From Antedon mediterranea (lineage: Eukaryota; Animalia; Echinodermata), in the NCBI RefSeq assembly GCF_964355755.1, contig NC_092674.1, forward strand, positions 1,364,001 to 1,428,000: a stretch of DNA of 64,000 nt, read 5' to 3'. Of the stretch, positions 63,421 to 64,000 are shown in pieces (position 1 is the first letter of the stretch; each line of letters begins with the position of its first letter). The notes beneath the pieces were generated by a model. It had not been told where the DNA came from. It did no database searches and saw nothing but the letters and a program-made list of their open reading frames with translations. The position numbers and the translations under genes are program-made.

Positions 63421-63482
63421 CAGAATACAGGACCTGTCCCAGAATACAGGACCTGTCCCAGAATACAGGACCTGTCCCAGAA
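63421..63482. repeat. 19-bp tandem repeat (cagaatacaggacctgtcc) x3
   Basis: Directly visible. Confidence 0.9.
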
Positions 63483-64000
63483 ACTGAATCATGTCAAAAG
63501 TAACATTTAGTTCTCTTCTAACTTCATAAATTATGCAAGAAAATGTTTTTTATTTTTAAATGATTTGGGAAAAAATCTTGTCAAAATCCCACTTACTATT
63601 ATCGCCTACTCAACTCATTTCTAAGTACTTAATAGTACAATGACTAACACTGTATTCTAATAGGGTCTGTCAGTCACACATTTGGAGTGATGTCTTTCTG
63701 TAACTTATTTACTAAGCAATAGCAATTGTTGTAGTTAATAGAGAAAGCACCCAACACTCACTCAATCATGTGGGAAAATGACGTCGTCAACCATAAGGAG
63801 AATTGATGATCGTTTCCGACCTACGTATGTCAAGTTGTTGCCCTAGCTATTAAAACAAATTTAATCCCAAAACAAATTTCTTAAGCTCTGTCTACACTGT
63901 CAAACTAGACAAAAAAGTGTGATGTGCCCAAATATGGTAGTGATACTGTATGACATCATCATTTCAATATATTTTTTTGTCACAGCTTTAATTAACTTGT

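Overview
AT-rich, intron-rich animal DNA; an invertebrate deuterostome is likely but that is inference. I reconstructed four spliced host genes by eye: a D-amino-acid/D-aspartate oxidase (minus, 13264-25996), a CUB-mucin-GAIN-7TM adhesion GPCR (plus, 27851-~37365), succinyl-CoA ligase ADP-forming beta (SUCLA2-like, minus, 41215-47063) and the 5' part of a PP2A B'' subunit (PPP2R3-like, plus, 48293 onward). The PP2A gene hosts a nested antisense gene for a secreted, very acidic S-x-E-rich protein. Also present: an intact 841-aa DDE-transposase-like ORF with apparent spliced 5'UTR exons, a decayed Academ transposon, several 5'-truncated LINEs, SINE remnants, at least four MITE families and about 14 minisatellites. 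The most unusual signal is that three unrelated genes each carry a minisatellite whose unit is the exon 3' end plus its GT donor plus the intron head, giving ladders of 7, 14 and 8 near-identical 5' splice sites; a fourth, putative, array has 12. Exon boundaries are read from GT/AG signals and homology recalled from memory; no database search was run.
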